Of a stretch of DNA of 42,899 nt, positions 31,238-40,181 are shown piece by piece. The stretch is from a virus. Below the pieces are notes generated by a model. The model was not told the DNA's origin, searched no databases, and saw only the letters and a program-made list of their open reading frames with translations. The DNA lies in IMG/VR virus record IMGVR_UViG_3300045988_037272, positions 1-42,899 of that record. One strand, written 5' to 3'. Both the position numbers and the translations under genes were made by a program. Positions within the stretch are counted from its first letter, which is position 1; each line of letters begins with the position of its first letter.

Positions 31238-31414
31238 ATGGCAACAGAGGCGCAGATAAGGGCAAGCACGAAGTACAACAGAAAACAGGACACCATAACG
31301 GTGAGGGTGGATAAAGAAATCGGCAAAAAAATACGCGATGCCGCAGAACGGCAAGGCGTAAGTGTGAAAGAGTTTATTCTTGCGGCGGTAATGCCGCACA
31401 TCAACGATAAGTAA
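31238..31414 (+). CDS. Ribbon-helix-helix (Arc/CopG-like) DNA-binding protein
   Basis: ATG 31238 follows AAAAGGAGG. DTITVRVDKEIGKKIRDAAERQGVSVKEFILAAV is a beta-strand plus two helices, as in RHH repressors and antitoxins. Confidence 0.7.
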   Translation: MATEAQIRASTKYNRKQDTITVRVDKEIGKKIRDAAERQGVSVKEFILAAVMPHINDK

Positions 31415-31455
31415 ATAACATCTTCCGCGCAATAGGGCGCGGGAAAGGGCAATAG

Positions 31456-31501
31456 GAGCCAAACAGTACGCAGTTCTTGCGTGTTGTTTGGCTCTTTTTT
31501 T
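31456..31501 (+). terminator. Strong rho-independent terminator
   Basis: Stem gagccaaaca...tgtttggctc, extended internally, followed by ttttttt. Confidence 0.85.
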
Positions 31502-31616
31502 CGGTAAAAGCCGCAACTGCGGATTTTATACAAATTTGGCTATCTGCAAGCCTAAAAGTGCAGGCGGGACGGTCACGGCAACGACCTAAAAAGCCTATCC
31601 CGTAAGGAGATGAAAC

Positions 31617-32183
31617 ATGAAGAAAGAGGATTTGCTGAACATCGGCCTGACGGAAGAGCAGGCGGACAAGGTTTTTGCCATGAATGGCAAAGACATCGAG
31701 AAGCACAAGAAAGCCGCAGAGGACGCGAAAGCGGACAAAGAAGCGCTTGAGCAGCAGGTAGCTGATCGCGATAGGGACATCGAATCCCTGAAAAAGGCGA
31801 ACGGTGACGCGGACGGCATCAAGAAGCAACTCGAAGAGTTACAGGGCAAGTACGACAAGGAAACCGAAGCGTACAAGGCCCAGCTTGCACAGCGTGACTA
31901 TCAGTCCGCTATCGACAAGGCAATCTCTGACAGCGGCATCAAGTTCACTTCCAAGTCTGCGGAAAAGGCATTTCGCGACGGTATCGGTGACAGCAAGCTC
32001 GAAATGAAGGACGGCGCTTTGAGTGGGTTTGACAAGTACCTCGAAAAAGCAAAGTCCGATGACCCCAGCGCATTTGTCAAAGCCGGTGCGCGTGTTGACA
32101 CGCAAGGCTCGCTTGAGGGCGGGCAGCATGAAAACAAGCCTATGACTTTGGCGGCCGCGCTCCACGAACAATACGATAAGTAA
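31617..32183 (+). CDS. Scaffolding protein (Phage_GP20-like)
   Basis: MKKEDLLNIGLTEEQADKVFAMNGKDIEKHK followed by coiled coil. Lies immediately upstream of the major capsid gene. Confidence 0.8.
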   Translation: MKKEDLLNIGLTEEQADKVFAMNGKDIEKHKKAAEDAKADKEALEQQVADRDRDIESLKKANGDADGIKKQLEELQGKYDKETEAYKAQLAQRDYQSAIDKAISDSGIKFTSKSAEKAFRDGIGDSKLEMKDGALSGFDKYLEKAKSDDPSAFVKAGARVDTQGSLEGGQHENKPMTLAAALHEQYDK

Positions 32184-32197
32184 AGGAGAATTTTAAC

Positions 32198-33196
32198 ATG
32201 GCTATTACTCTTGCAGAAGCAAAGGTCGGCATGGCAAATCATGTCGATCAGATGATCGTTGACGAGTTCCGCCGTAGTTCCCTGCTGCTGGACAGACTGG
32301 TGTTTGATAACGCCATCTCTCCGGGCACTGGCGGCTCGACTCTGACCTATGGCTATATCCAGCTCAAGACCCCCTCGACCGCTGCCGTCCGTGCGATTAA
32401 CGCGGAATATACCGCTGGCGAGGCCAAGCGCGAGGAAAAGACCGCAAAGGCCGTTATCATGGGCGGCTCCTTCGAGGTCGACCGTGTTCTTCAGAACACT
32501 TCCGGCGCTGTGGATGAGCTGGCATTCCAGGCACAGCAGAAGATCAAAGCGACCAGCAACTACTTCCACAACCTCGTCATCAACGGCACTTCCGCCGCCA
32601 GCGGTACCGGCTTTGTGGCCAACACCTTTGATGGCCTGCGCAAGCTGCTGACCGGCACGTCCAATGCGCTGACCACGGACATTGACCTGTCCTCTGCCGC
32701 AAAGCTGGACAGCAACAGCAACGCTTTTATCGATCAGCTCGACCAGCTCGTCCACGCCATCGACGGCGAGACCTCTATGCTGCTCATGAACGGCGATATG
32801 CTGCTGAAAGTCCGCGCCGCTGCTCGCCGCGCCGGTTACTACGAGCGCACGAAGGACGACTTCGGTCGAATCGTTGAGACCTTTGCCGGTATCCCCCTGA
32901 TGGATGCGGGCAAGTATTACAACGGCACCAATTCCGTTGACGTTATCGGCACTTCCACCGCCACGCAGAGCGCCAATGGCACGACCAGCATCTACGCTGT
33001 TAGCATCGGTCTTGACGGCTTCCACGGCATTTCCCCGACCGGCAACAGCGTCATTTCCAGCTATATGCCCGATATGACCGCCCCCGGCGCGGTAAAGAAG
33101 GGCGAAGTCGAGCTTGTGGCCGGTGTCGTCCTCAAGAACACCCTTAAGGCGGCTGTTCTGGATGGCATCGTCATGTCCCCCAAGACTGGCGCCTAA
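32198..33196 (+). CDS. Major capsid protein
   Basis: 332 aa, SD AAAGGAG. Position after the scaffold gene. Confidence 0.85.
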   Translation: MAITLAEAKVGMANHVDQMIVDEFRRSSLLLDRLVFDNAISPGTGGSTLTYGYIQLKTPSTAAVRAINAEYTAGEAKREEKTAKAVIMGGSFEVDRVLQNTSGAVDELAFQAQQKIKATSNYFHNLVINGTSAASGTGFVANTFDGLRKLLTGTSNALTTDIDLSSAAKLDSNSNAFIDQLDQLVHAIDGETSMLLMNGDMLLKVRAAARRAGYYERTKDDFGRIVETFAGIPLMDAGKYYNGTNSVDVIGTSTATQSANGTTSIYAVSIGLDGFHGISPTGNSVISSYMPDMTAPGAVKKGEVELVAGVVLKNTLKAAVLDGIVMSPKTGA

Positions 33197-33216
33197 TTTG
33201 AAAGGAGATGGCCCGC

Positions 33217-33654
33217 ATGGTCTACGCTGATTATACATACTACTCCGGCACCTATATGGGAGCCGTGAGCGAGGAAGATTTTCCGCGACTGGCTGTGCGG
33301 TCCAGTTCCTTCCTCGACTACTACACGCGCAACAGAGCGAAAGACAACGCTGATTTGGATGCGGTAAAGATGTGCTGCTGCGCGCTGGTTGACAAGTATG
33401 CGGTCATCGAGGCGGCGCAGGCGCTTGCCATGAAGAACCTCGCCAACGCTGCGGCAAATGACGCGGAAGTCAAAAGCGAAACGGTAGGCAGCTATTCCAG
33501 AACGCTTGCAACAAGCGGGGAATCCGCCCTGTCTGCACTCAGCGCAACGGACGGTGCGAAGAAACTGCTTGCGGAAACGTGTATGGAATACCTTGCCCAT
33601 ACTGGGCTGCTGTATCGCGGAGGTGGTTGTAGATGTACGCTCCCCACACTGTAA
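33217..33654 (+). CDS. Head-tail connector/adaptor protein
   Basis: ATG 33217 lies 9 nt after AAAGGAG; ATG 33208 abuts the SD. Position after the MCP gene. Confidence 0.65.
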   Translation: MVYADYTYYSGTYMGAVSEEDFPRLAVRSSSFLDYYTRNRAKDNADLDAVKMCCCALVDKYAVIEAAQALAMKNLANAAANDAEVKSETVGSYSRTLATSGESALSALSATDGAKKLLAETCMEYLAHTGLLYRGGGCRCTLPTL

Positions 33655-34082
33655 CGATTTACAACATCGTGCAGGAGATCGACCCGACAACGCTTGATGA
33701 GGTCGAGAAAGTTTATACCACAATCCTGCGCGGCGTGATGCTGCAAGCGTCGAAGGGCGTGAACGTGCGCGAAAGCGGTCTTGAGGGAGCTGACGCTGTG
33801 AATCTGTATATCCCGTTCGCCGTGGAAGCGGTGGACGGGATAACGGGTAAGCCGAAAACCTATATCGGACCGCAATCGTTTTTCAAAGCGACGGACAAAT
33901 CCAACCTGTGGACGCTCTCATACAAGGGAAACGGTGGCATGACGTGCTTTGTAAAGGGCGAATTCGTTTCGGACGACATGACCGTCGTATTGAGCCATGA
34001 CGATTGCTACAACGTGACGAAAGTTGACGCGATGGACTACGGGAGCCTCGATATGCAGCATTTTCTCGTCGGAGGTGCGTAA
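33633..34082 (+). CDS. Head-closure / minor capsid protein (Minor_capsid_1-like)
   Basis: SD GGAGGTGG. Assigned by position in the connector block. Confidence 0.6.
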   Translation: MYAPHTVTIYNIVQEIDPTTLDEVEKVYTTILRGVMLQASKGVNVRESGLEGADAVNLYIPFAVEAVDGITGKPKTYIGPQSFFKATDKSNLWTLSYKGNGGMTCFVKGEFVSDDMTVVLSHDDCYNVTKVDAMDYGSLDMQHFLVGGA

Positions 34083-34501
34083 TGGGCATCAAGTTTTCCG
34101 TGCATACCGATGGGATGGACGCTGTAAGAACCGCCATTGCAAAGGCTTGTACGCGCGCTGAGCACGTTTTAGCCGAGCAGATGGAGAAAGACACGCAGCC
34201 TTTCGTGCCGATGCTCACAGGCTCGTTAACGCAGCGCACAAGGGTAGTTGGCAACGACATCATCTACCCCGGCCCTTACGCGAAATTCCTGTATTACGGG
34301 AAAGTCATGGTTGACCCGAATACCGGCAGCACATATGCGCCGAAAGGCGGTACAAAGGTCGTGACTGACCGTAATTTAGTATTCAACCACACGGCGCACC
34401 CACAAGCACAAGCCCATTGGTGCGAAGCATCGAAAGCGCAGAATCTTAGCAAGTGGGCGCGCGTAGCAGAAAAGGCGGTGAAGAAGTACGAAACAGATTA
34501 A
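34082..34501 (+). CDS. Minor capsid / tail-completion protein (Minor_capsid_2-like)
   Basis: TAATG coupling. YPGPYAKFLYYGKVMVDPNTGS motif. Confidence 0.65.
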   Translation: MGIKFSVHTDGMDAVRTAIAKACTRAEHVLAEQMEKDTQPFVPMLTGSLTQRTRVVGNDIIYPGPYAKFLYYGKVMVDPNTGSTYAPKGGTKVVTDRNLVFNHTAHPQAQAHWCEASKAQNLSKWARVAEKAVKKYETD

Positions 34502-34586
34502 AAAGACGGTATCGGCAGCGGAAGAAGATCAAGTATCGCGAAAGCTGCTTGCGTGGTTAAACACATTCCCTGACAATCCGGTTGAT

Positions 34587-34943
34587 TTGATTCGGTTCGA
34601 ATTTCTCCCCGCTGATACTGCGGCGATGGCGCTGTCAACGATTCAGGCGGCGTACATTGTCAAAAAATACATTCTCGGCGGGTATCAGGCGGAATACCAA
34701 TTTAAGGTTATCTACCGCATGAAGCCGGGGAACAGTAACGACAAACGGCTCAAAGCTGACGAGCTGCTTAACGCCTTGGGCGATTGGGCGGCAAGCGAAA
34801 CGCCGCCTGACATTGGCGACGGTCGCCGCGTCATTCGCATTGAGCCGACAACGCGATCCTCTCTTTTTGCCGTGTATGAAAACGGCGACGAGGATCACCA
34901 AATCCTTATGAAAATGAACTACGAGGTGATTAAAAATGGCTGA
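34587..34943 (+). CDS. Minor capsid / tail terminator-like protein (Minor_capsid_3-like); the true start is probably upstream
   Basis: The track start is TTG 34587, but the frame is open from 34482 and reads as protein (EEDQVSRKLLAWLNTFPDNPVD) with no ATG/GTG/TTG. See the finding for 34497-34586. Confidence 0.65.
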   Translation: MIRFEFLPADTAAMALSTIQAAYIVKKYILGGYQAEYQFKVIYRMKPGNSNDKRLKADELLNALGDWAASETPPDIGDGRRVIRIEPTTRSSLFAVYENGDEDHQILMKMNYEVIKNG

Positions 34944-35460
34944 TACGACCTTTAACACCACGGCGGGGCAGACCGTAGACCGCGAACTTCTGATCGCGTA
35001 TCTCAACACGGGCGAAACCGGAACCCCCACGTGGTCTCCCCTCGGTACGCGCGTCACGGATTCCAGCATGGAGTACGACTGGCAGGAGGATTCCTCGAAG
35101 GATATTCTCGGCACGACGCGCACGACCATGAAGAAACCCATTATCACGCAGACCTTTGACCCGTCTGATCTGGACGCTGGCGATCCTGCCATCGTCAAGG
35201 TTTGGAACCTTGCGGTCAAGGAGCAGAACGCGGCGGCGCTGGCGAATCAGGACGTGCTGATTGTCCACGCTTATGCAGGCACGGCAAAGACCGCAGTATT
35301 TGCGGAACGTTATTCGTCCTGCATGGTTAAGCCCTCTTCCCTCGGCGGCGAGGGTGGCGGCTTTATCGGTATGCCTATCGACGTGACGCTTGGCGGCACG
35401 CGCACGGTCGGCACTGCCGCTATCTCTGGCAATACGGTTACTTTTACCGAGGGCGAATAA
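34936..35460 (+). CDS. Major tail protein
   Basis: 174 aa, SD GAGGTG. Followed by a hairpin and then the chaperone and tape-measure genes. Confidence 0.75.
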   Translation: MADTTFNTTAGQTVDRELLIAYLNTGETGTPTWSPLGTRVTDSSMEYDWQEDSSKDILGTTRTTMKKPIITQTFDPSDLDAGDPAIVKVWNLAVKEQNAAALANQDVLIVHAYAGTAKTAVFAERYSSCMVKPSSLGGEGGGFIGMPIDVTLGGTRTVGTAAISGNTVTFTEGE

Positions 35461-35466
35461 ACCATA

Positions 35467-35495
35467 GAGGGCTGGCATCTGTCAGCCCTCATTTT
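35467..35495 (+). terminator. Hairpin plus short T tract after the major tail gene (partial terminator/attenuator)
   Basis: Stem gagggctg/cagccctc followed by atttt. Confidence 0.55.
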
Positions 35496-35505
35496 GGAGG
35501 AATAT

Positions 35506-35931
35506 ATGGAACTTAGTTTTGATTCTGGTGTAAAGGAATATACCATTCGCGGCGTGAACGGCATCGTAACAGTGTACTTCAACCCTGCGGATGTTAACTT
35601 CGCAAAGAAGGCATACAAAACCTTTGACGATCTGCGCAAGAAGCAAGAGACCCGCGCAAAGACACTCGAAAAGGATATCCCCGACGACGAGCTTTTTGAC
35701 ATGGTGGATTCTCTCGACAAGGAAATGCGTAGCATCATCAATGATTTGTTCGGACAGGACATTGCCGATACGCTTTTTGGCAGCGTCAACGCCTATTCCG
35801 CGGCCAATGGTGCGCCGGTTTGGCAGAACTTTATGACCGCCATTATCGAGCAGTTTGATGAGGCAGTAAAGCGCGAACAGGCGCTTGCCGATGAGAAAAT
35901 CCGCAAGTATACGCAGAAATACCGTAAATGA
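35506..35931 (+). CDS. Tail assembly chaperone-like protein
   Basis: ATG 35506 follows GGAGG. Position between the major tail and tape-measure genes. Confidence 0.6.
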   Translation: MELSFDSGVKEYTIRGVNGIVTVYFNPADVNFAKKAYKTFDDLRKKQETRAKTLEKDIPDDELFDMVDSLDKEMRSIINDLFGQDIADTLFGSVNAYSAANGAPVWQNFMTAIIEQFDEAVKREQALADEKIRKYTQKYRK

Positions 35932-36497
35932 TGTACGATCTCCCGACATCGCTGAGCGTCTGCGGCGTTGGCTATGAAATTCGCTCAGACTATCGCGCGG
36001 CATTGGACGTGCTGGCGGTATTTGCTGCGGCCGATCTGACCAACGAGCAAAAAGTGATTGCGGCGCTTGATATCTTTTATCCGGACTTCTTAAAAATGCC
36101 GGATGAGCACATTCCAGAAGCCGTGAAGCAGATGACATGGTTTCTCGACTGCGGTGACGAGGGCGATAATCAAAAGCGTCCTAAGTTGATGGACTGGGAG
36201 CAAGACTTTCAATACATCGTTGCCCCCATCAACCGTGTTGTAGGGCAAGAGGTACGCGCAATGCCTTATTTTCACTGGTGGTCTTTCATTTCGGCGTACT
36301 ACGAGCTGGGAGATTGTCTGTTTGCGAACATCGTCCGCATCCGAAGCCTAAAGTCCAAAGGGAAAACGCTTGACAAAGCCGACCGTGAGTTTTACCGAGA
36401 AAACAGGCGGATTGTCGATCTAAAGACGCCGATGACGGAAGAAGAAAACGACACGATCAATGCGTGGTTGGGCAAAAAAACGCCCGACGCAAAATAG
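35928..36497 (+). CDS. Bacteriophage Gp15-family protein
   Basis: ATGA coupling. LPTSLSVCGVGYEIRSDYRAALDVLAVFAAADLTNEQKVIAALDIFY matches the Phage_Gp15 signature. Confidence 0.75.
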   Translation: MMYDLPTSLSVCGVGYEIRSDYRAALDVLAVFAAADLTNEQKVIAALDIFYPDFLKMPDEHIPEAVKQMTWFLDCGDEGDNQKRPKLMDWEQDFQYIVAPINRVVGQEVRAMPYFHWWSFISAYYELGDCLFANIVRIRSLKSKGKTLDKADREFYRENRRIVDLKTPMTEEENDTINAWLGKKTPDAK

Positions 36498-36513
36498 CAT
36501 CGGGCGAGGGTGG

Positions 36514-37092
36514 TTACTTGTCTGCAATGAATGTAATTTCGTTTCCAGACCAAAAGTCGGGAGTAAAGCGAATTTCAATTTCTTTCCAGTCTTTTGGGAC
36601 TTCGTATCCGACAACGCCGGTCATTTTCTTACCGGCAGCAATAGCGCCGTCCAACTGAGTTTTATCGGTTGCGATGGTGGCCGAAATGCTCAGATTTGTC
36701 GAGTAGTCATCAACATAAGCGTTGAACGATGCGATAGAGCTAACGGCAATATCCTTATCCGACTGGTTATCAATGGAAAATTCGCAAAGCAAAAACACAT
36801 TGCCATCATCAGGGGTGTTGAACTGCGACCCATTGCTTTCGGTGCAAGAATCAAACTTTACACTGATTCCGTTTAGCTCGGCGGTTTCTCCAACGCTAAA
36901 CGTTTGTTTCTCCGCACCAGAATCATCGCCCATGTCGTTTAATGCGGCGGCAATTATGCAAATGCCAAAAATAGCAATGATAATCCCCAATACTGGGTGG
37001 CGCTTTTTCTGCTTTGCTCCACACTGCGGGCAAGTGGTAGCGGATTTTGCGATAGATGCCCCGCATACCTTGCAAGTAGTCATCTTATCCAT
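36514..37092 (-). CDS. Zinc-ribbon + TM + DUF4352-like extracellular domain protein (lysogenic-conversion/superinfection-exclusion candidate)
   Basis: CKVCG....CPQCG, then TM segment VLGIIIAIFGICIIAAAL, then GISVKFDSC.....NVFLLCEFSIDNQSDKDI....F.AYVDD......GKKMTGVVGYEVPKDWKEIEIRF. Only minus-strand gene in the tail block. Confidence 0.75.
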   Translation of the reverse strand: MDKMTTCKVCGASIAKSATTCPQCGAKQKKRHPVLGIIIAIFGICIIAAALNDMGDDSGAEKQTFSVGETAELNGISVKFDSCTESNGSQFNTPDDGNVFLLCEFSIDNQSDKDIAVSSIASFNAYVDDYSTNLSISATIATDKTQLDGAIAAGKKMTGVVGYEVPKDWKEIEIRFTPDFWSGNEITFIADK

Positions 37093-37129
37093 TTTTCATT
37101 CCTCCTTGCCATTATTTATGGCTTCTTGG

Positions 37130-37158
37130 ATGATATCACGCAAAAAACCAAAAAGCAA
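37130..37158 (-). promoter_or_regulatory. Sigma70-type promoter TTGCTT-17-TATCAT for the DUF4352 gene
   Basis: The minus strand reads ttgctt tttggttttttgcgtga tatcat. SD AAGGAGGA follows downstream. Confidence 0.6.
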
Positions 37159-37170
37159 GAAGGTGATATT

Positions 37171-39132
37171 ATGGCTGACGGCGAAGTCGTTTTTGAAGCG
37201 ACTATTAGCGACAAAAAACTCCATCAGGAGTTGAACAAAGTAAAAAGCAATATCGAATCCTTACAAAAGGAGTTCAACCAGCTCGGCGACCAGAAAACGC
37301 CGATGGAAGACCGGCTGCGTAACATCGGTGCAGAGCTGGATGCGGCAAAACAGGTGCTTGCCGATATGCGCACAGCGCCAAAAGGCACGTATGAGAAAAT
37401 CGACGTGTCCGAGCAGGCCGAGCGCGTGCGAATGCTGCAAAGCGAATTTAATAAAACTGCAAATAGCATTGATAAGCTCAACGAAAAGCTCAACAAAACC
37501 GGCGATAATATTTCTGACGCGAAAACGCAGGCAGTCGAGCTAACACAGCAGATCGAGGGCAGAGCCAAAGGCGCAGGGCTGCGTAATGCAACCGAAGCGG
37601 CGGCAGATTCCATGAAAGTATTTGGACAGCGCTTAAAATCTGTTGTCCGCAGTGCACTTGTTTTCACAGTTATTACCCAAGCATTAACAAAGGTGCGTGA
37701 CTGGGTAAAAAATGTCGTAATGGTAAACTCCGAGGCAAGAGAATCCATTGCGCAGTTTAAAGGAGCGCTTTTGACGCTGGCACAGCCTCTTGTAAGTGTA
37801 ATTGTCCCCGCTTTTACACTGCTTGTAAAAGTTATCACGGCAGTAGTCTCACAGATCACTCGTCTTGTGGCGCTTATCTCTGGCAAGAGCGTCAAGGCAA
37901 CTGCTAACTCGGCAAAGGCGCTGAACAAAGAGACCAGCGCATTAAAGGGAACGGGCAGTGCCGCGAAAAAAGCGGCAAGTCAGCTTGCGGCGTTTGATGA
38001 GATCAACCAGATTTCCACCGATACCGCAAACGATGCGGGCGGAGGCGCATCCGCCGACGCAATCACTCCAGACTTTAGTTACATGGACGACATCAGCGAC
38101 CGCTTAAAGAAAATCGCGGATGCAGTCATGCTCATTGCGGCAGGCTTAGCGCTGTGGAAAATCAGCAGCAGTTTGCCGGGTGTGCTTGGCACTATTCTGC
38201 AAAAGCTCGGCGGCATCCTCATCGCTGTTGGAGGTTTGATTCTTCTGTGGGACGGCTTATCCGACGCATGGAATAACGGCGTTAACTGGGGGAATCTGCT
38301 TGAAATGCTTGCAGGCACAGCGGCGCTTGCAGGGGGGCTTGCAATCGCATTCGGCAAAGTCGGTGCGGGCATCGGCCTTGTAGTAGCTGGCGCAGCAATG
38401 ATTATCACAGCGTTCAAGGACATTTGTGATAACGGTGCAAATCTTCAAAATACGCTGCTAATGATCGCTGGCATTGTGGCAACGGGGTTGGGATTTTTCT
38501 TTTTGACCGGCAGTGTCATCCCACTTGTGATTGCGGGAATTGCTACGGTAGTTACCGCTGTGCTTGCGCTGACTGGCAATCTGACCGAGTTTGCGAGAAA
38601 CCTTAAAGATAACATCCTTGGGGGCATTATCCAGTTTATCAAGGGCGCGTTTACTGGCGACTGGAATTCTGCATGGGATGGTGTCAAAAAGGTATTTAAA
38701 GGCATCTGGAATAGCATCGTCATTATTGCTGAGAGCGCGGTGAACGCTATTATCAAGGGATTGAATTGGCTTATCAGCAAGATCAACACGATTAAGTTTA
38801 CCGTCCCGAGCTGGGTTCCGGGGGTTGGAGGTAAAAGCATCGGCGGGCATCTTTCCTCGCTTTCTGAAGTACATCTTCCGCGTCTGGCGACCGGCGAAGT
38901 CATCCCTCCTAACAGGGAATTTCTTGCTGTACTGGGTGACCAGAAGAGCGGAACGAACATCGAAACGCCACTTGCCACGATGGTTGATGCATTTAAGCAG
39001 GCAATGGCAGAATCGGGCGGCGGCACAACCACGGTCGTGGTGCAACTTGACGGCAAGGAGATCGCGCGCAGCACCGTGAAGAACATCAACAACATGACAC
39101 GCGCGGCGGGTAAGCCCGTGCTGCTGTACTAA
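37171..39132 (+). CDS. Tape measure protein
   Basis: ATG 37171 follows GAAGGTG. 653 aa with an N-terminal coiled coil and central Gly/Ala-rich hydrophobic segments. Confidence 0.85.
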   Translation: MADGEVVFEATISDKKLHQELNKVKSNIESLQKEFNQLGDQKTPMEDRLRNIGAELDAAKQVLADMRTAPKGTYEKIDVSEQAERVRMLQSEFNKTANSIDKLNEKLNKTGDNISDAKTQAVELTQQIEGRAKGAGLRNATEAAADSMKVFGQRLKSVVRSALVFTVITQALTKVRDWVKNVVMVNSEARESIAQFKGALLTLAQPLVSVIVPAFTLLVKVITAVVSQITRLVALISGKSVKATANSAKALNKETSALKGTGSAAKKAASQLAAFDEINQISTDTANDAGGGASADAITPDFSYMDDISDRLKKIADAVMLIAAGLALWKISSSLPGVLGTILQKLGGILIAVGGLILLWDGLSDAWNNGVNWGNLLEMLAGTAALAGGLAIAFGKVGAGIGLVVAGAAMIITAFKDICDNGANLQNTLLMIAGIVATGLGFFFLTGSVIPLVIAGIATVVTAVLALTGNLTEFARNLKDNILGGIIQFIKGAFTGDWNSAWDGVKKVFKGIWNSIVIIAESAVNAIIKGLNWLISKINTIKFTVPSWVPGVGGKSIGGHLSSLSEVHLPRLATGEVIPPNREFLAVLGDQKSGTNIETPLATMVDAFKQAMAESGGGTTTVVVQLDGKEIARSTVKNINNMTRAAGKPVLLY

Positions 39133-39142
39133 GGGGGTCAAT

Positions 39143-39502
39143 ATGGAAGTCCTTATTATCAACGGCACGGACTACTCGTCCGTAATCGCAACTAAGGGGT
39201 ATGGGTGGAGCAGAAACGATCTTGACAGCGACAAGACCACCCGTACCAAAGATGGCAAGATGCGCCGCGACAAGATCACCACCAAGCGGAAACTGAGCTA
39301 TACAACGCGCTCTATGCCTCGCGATAATCTGGCAAAGCTCGATGATGACCTCAATAAGACAACGTGCACGGTCAAGTATCTTGACTTGCATGGCGTGAGA
39401 ACAAGCACGTTTTACTGCTCGTCGATGGAATGCACGCTTGAAGAAGCGGCGGACGACAATGAGGTGTGGGGCGGCGCGACGTTTAACCTGATCGAGGTGT
39501 GA
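39143..39502 (+). CDS. Small tail protein (distal-tail-protein position)
   Basis: SD AAGGGGG. First gene after the tape measure; short for a Dit at 119 aa. Confidence 0.5.
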   Translation: MEVLIINGTDYSSVIATKGYGWSRNDLDSDKTTRTKDGKMRRDKITTKRKLSYTTRSMPRDNLAKLDDDLNKTTCTVKYLDLHGVRTSTFYCSSMECTLEEAADDNEVWGGATFNLIEV

Positions 39503-39503
39503 T

Positions 39504-40181
39504 ATGGGGCAGACAACAAGTGCGCTGTGGCGCGAGCTGCTTCACAAGCCCGGCACAGAACGAGAGCACAAATTTGACGTTGCGGGCACGGAATATGGCA
39601 AAGATGCGGAAGTGTCGCATTCTGTCGAATCGCAGTTGTTTGAAGAATTCGGCATTGGAAACGCCTGTTGCGCAACATTAAAACTGGCCCTGTATGCGGA
39701 CAACGTACCGCGCGCCGCGACGATCAAGCGTTATCTCAGGCTTGTTAATGGCAGTCAGGCGACAGACTGGATCCCAAAAGGCGTGTTTTTTACCAACCGC
39801 CGTTCCTGCGATGGAGATTATTGGGAACTCGAAGCATACGACGCTATGAGAAAGGCTGACGTTGTGTGGGAGCCTGACCAGTCGCTTACGTTTCCGATGA
39901 CCATGCCCGCGGCGGTAAACATTTTTTGCCAGCTGATGGGCGTGGAATTGGACAGCCGTACCGTGCTGAATAGCTCGTATACCATCGACTATCCCGCAAA
40001 TGATTACACCATCCGCAATGAGCTATGTTTCATCGCAGCGGCGCACGGCGGAAACTGGATTATCACCGACGCAGGAAAGCTGCTGCTTATTCCTCTGCTG
40101 TCTATGCCGGACGAGACAAATTATCTTATTACAGAAGCGGGCAGCGCTATCACGTTTGGAGGGGTGAGGATTCTTGTCTGA
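39504..40181 (+). CDS. Tail/baseplate protein
   Basis: SD GAGGTG. Assigned by position. Confidence 0.6.
   Translation: MGQTTSALWRELLHKPGTEREHKFDVAGTEYGKDAEVSHSVESQLFEEFGIGNACCATLKLALYADNVPRAATIKRYLRLVNGSQATDWIPKGVFFTNRRSCDGDYWELEAYDAMRKADVVWEPDQSLTFPMTMPAAVNIFCQLMGVELDSRTVLNSSYTIDYPANDYTIRNELCFIAAAHGGNWIITDAGKLLLIPLLSMPDETNYLITEAGSAITFGGVRILV

Noticed and set aside
31901-33238. 445-aa minus-strand ORF antisense to the major capsid gene. Similar long antisense ORFs occur at 28122..29486, 17280..18002, 13536..14270, 7126..7872, 6327..6878 and 2181..3002.
   Set aside because: They have Arg/Gly/Ala/Leu-biased junk composition and no SD. They fully overlap well-supported plus-strand genes. This is the typical shadow-ORF effect in GC-rich coding DNA.
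35506-36497. Programmed -1 frameshift of the gpG/gpGT type between the two genes upstream of the tape measure.
   Set aside because: The second ORF has its own ATG in an ATGA overlap with the first stop and belongs to the Gp15 family. I saw no slippery heptamer at the junction, and no fusion frame is needed.
36460-37234. Plus-strand ORFs 36460..36876 and 36722..37234, and the N-terminal extension of the tape-measure ORF from 36997.
   Set aside because: They are antisense to the well-supported DUF4352 gene. The tape measure has a proper SD and ATG at 37171.
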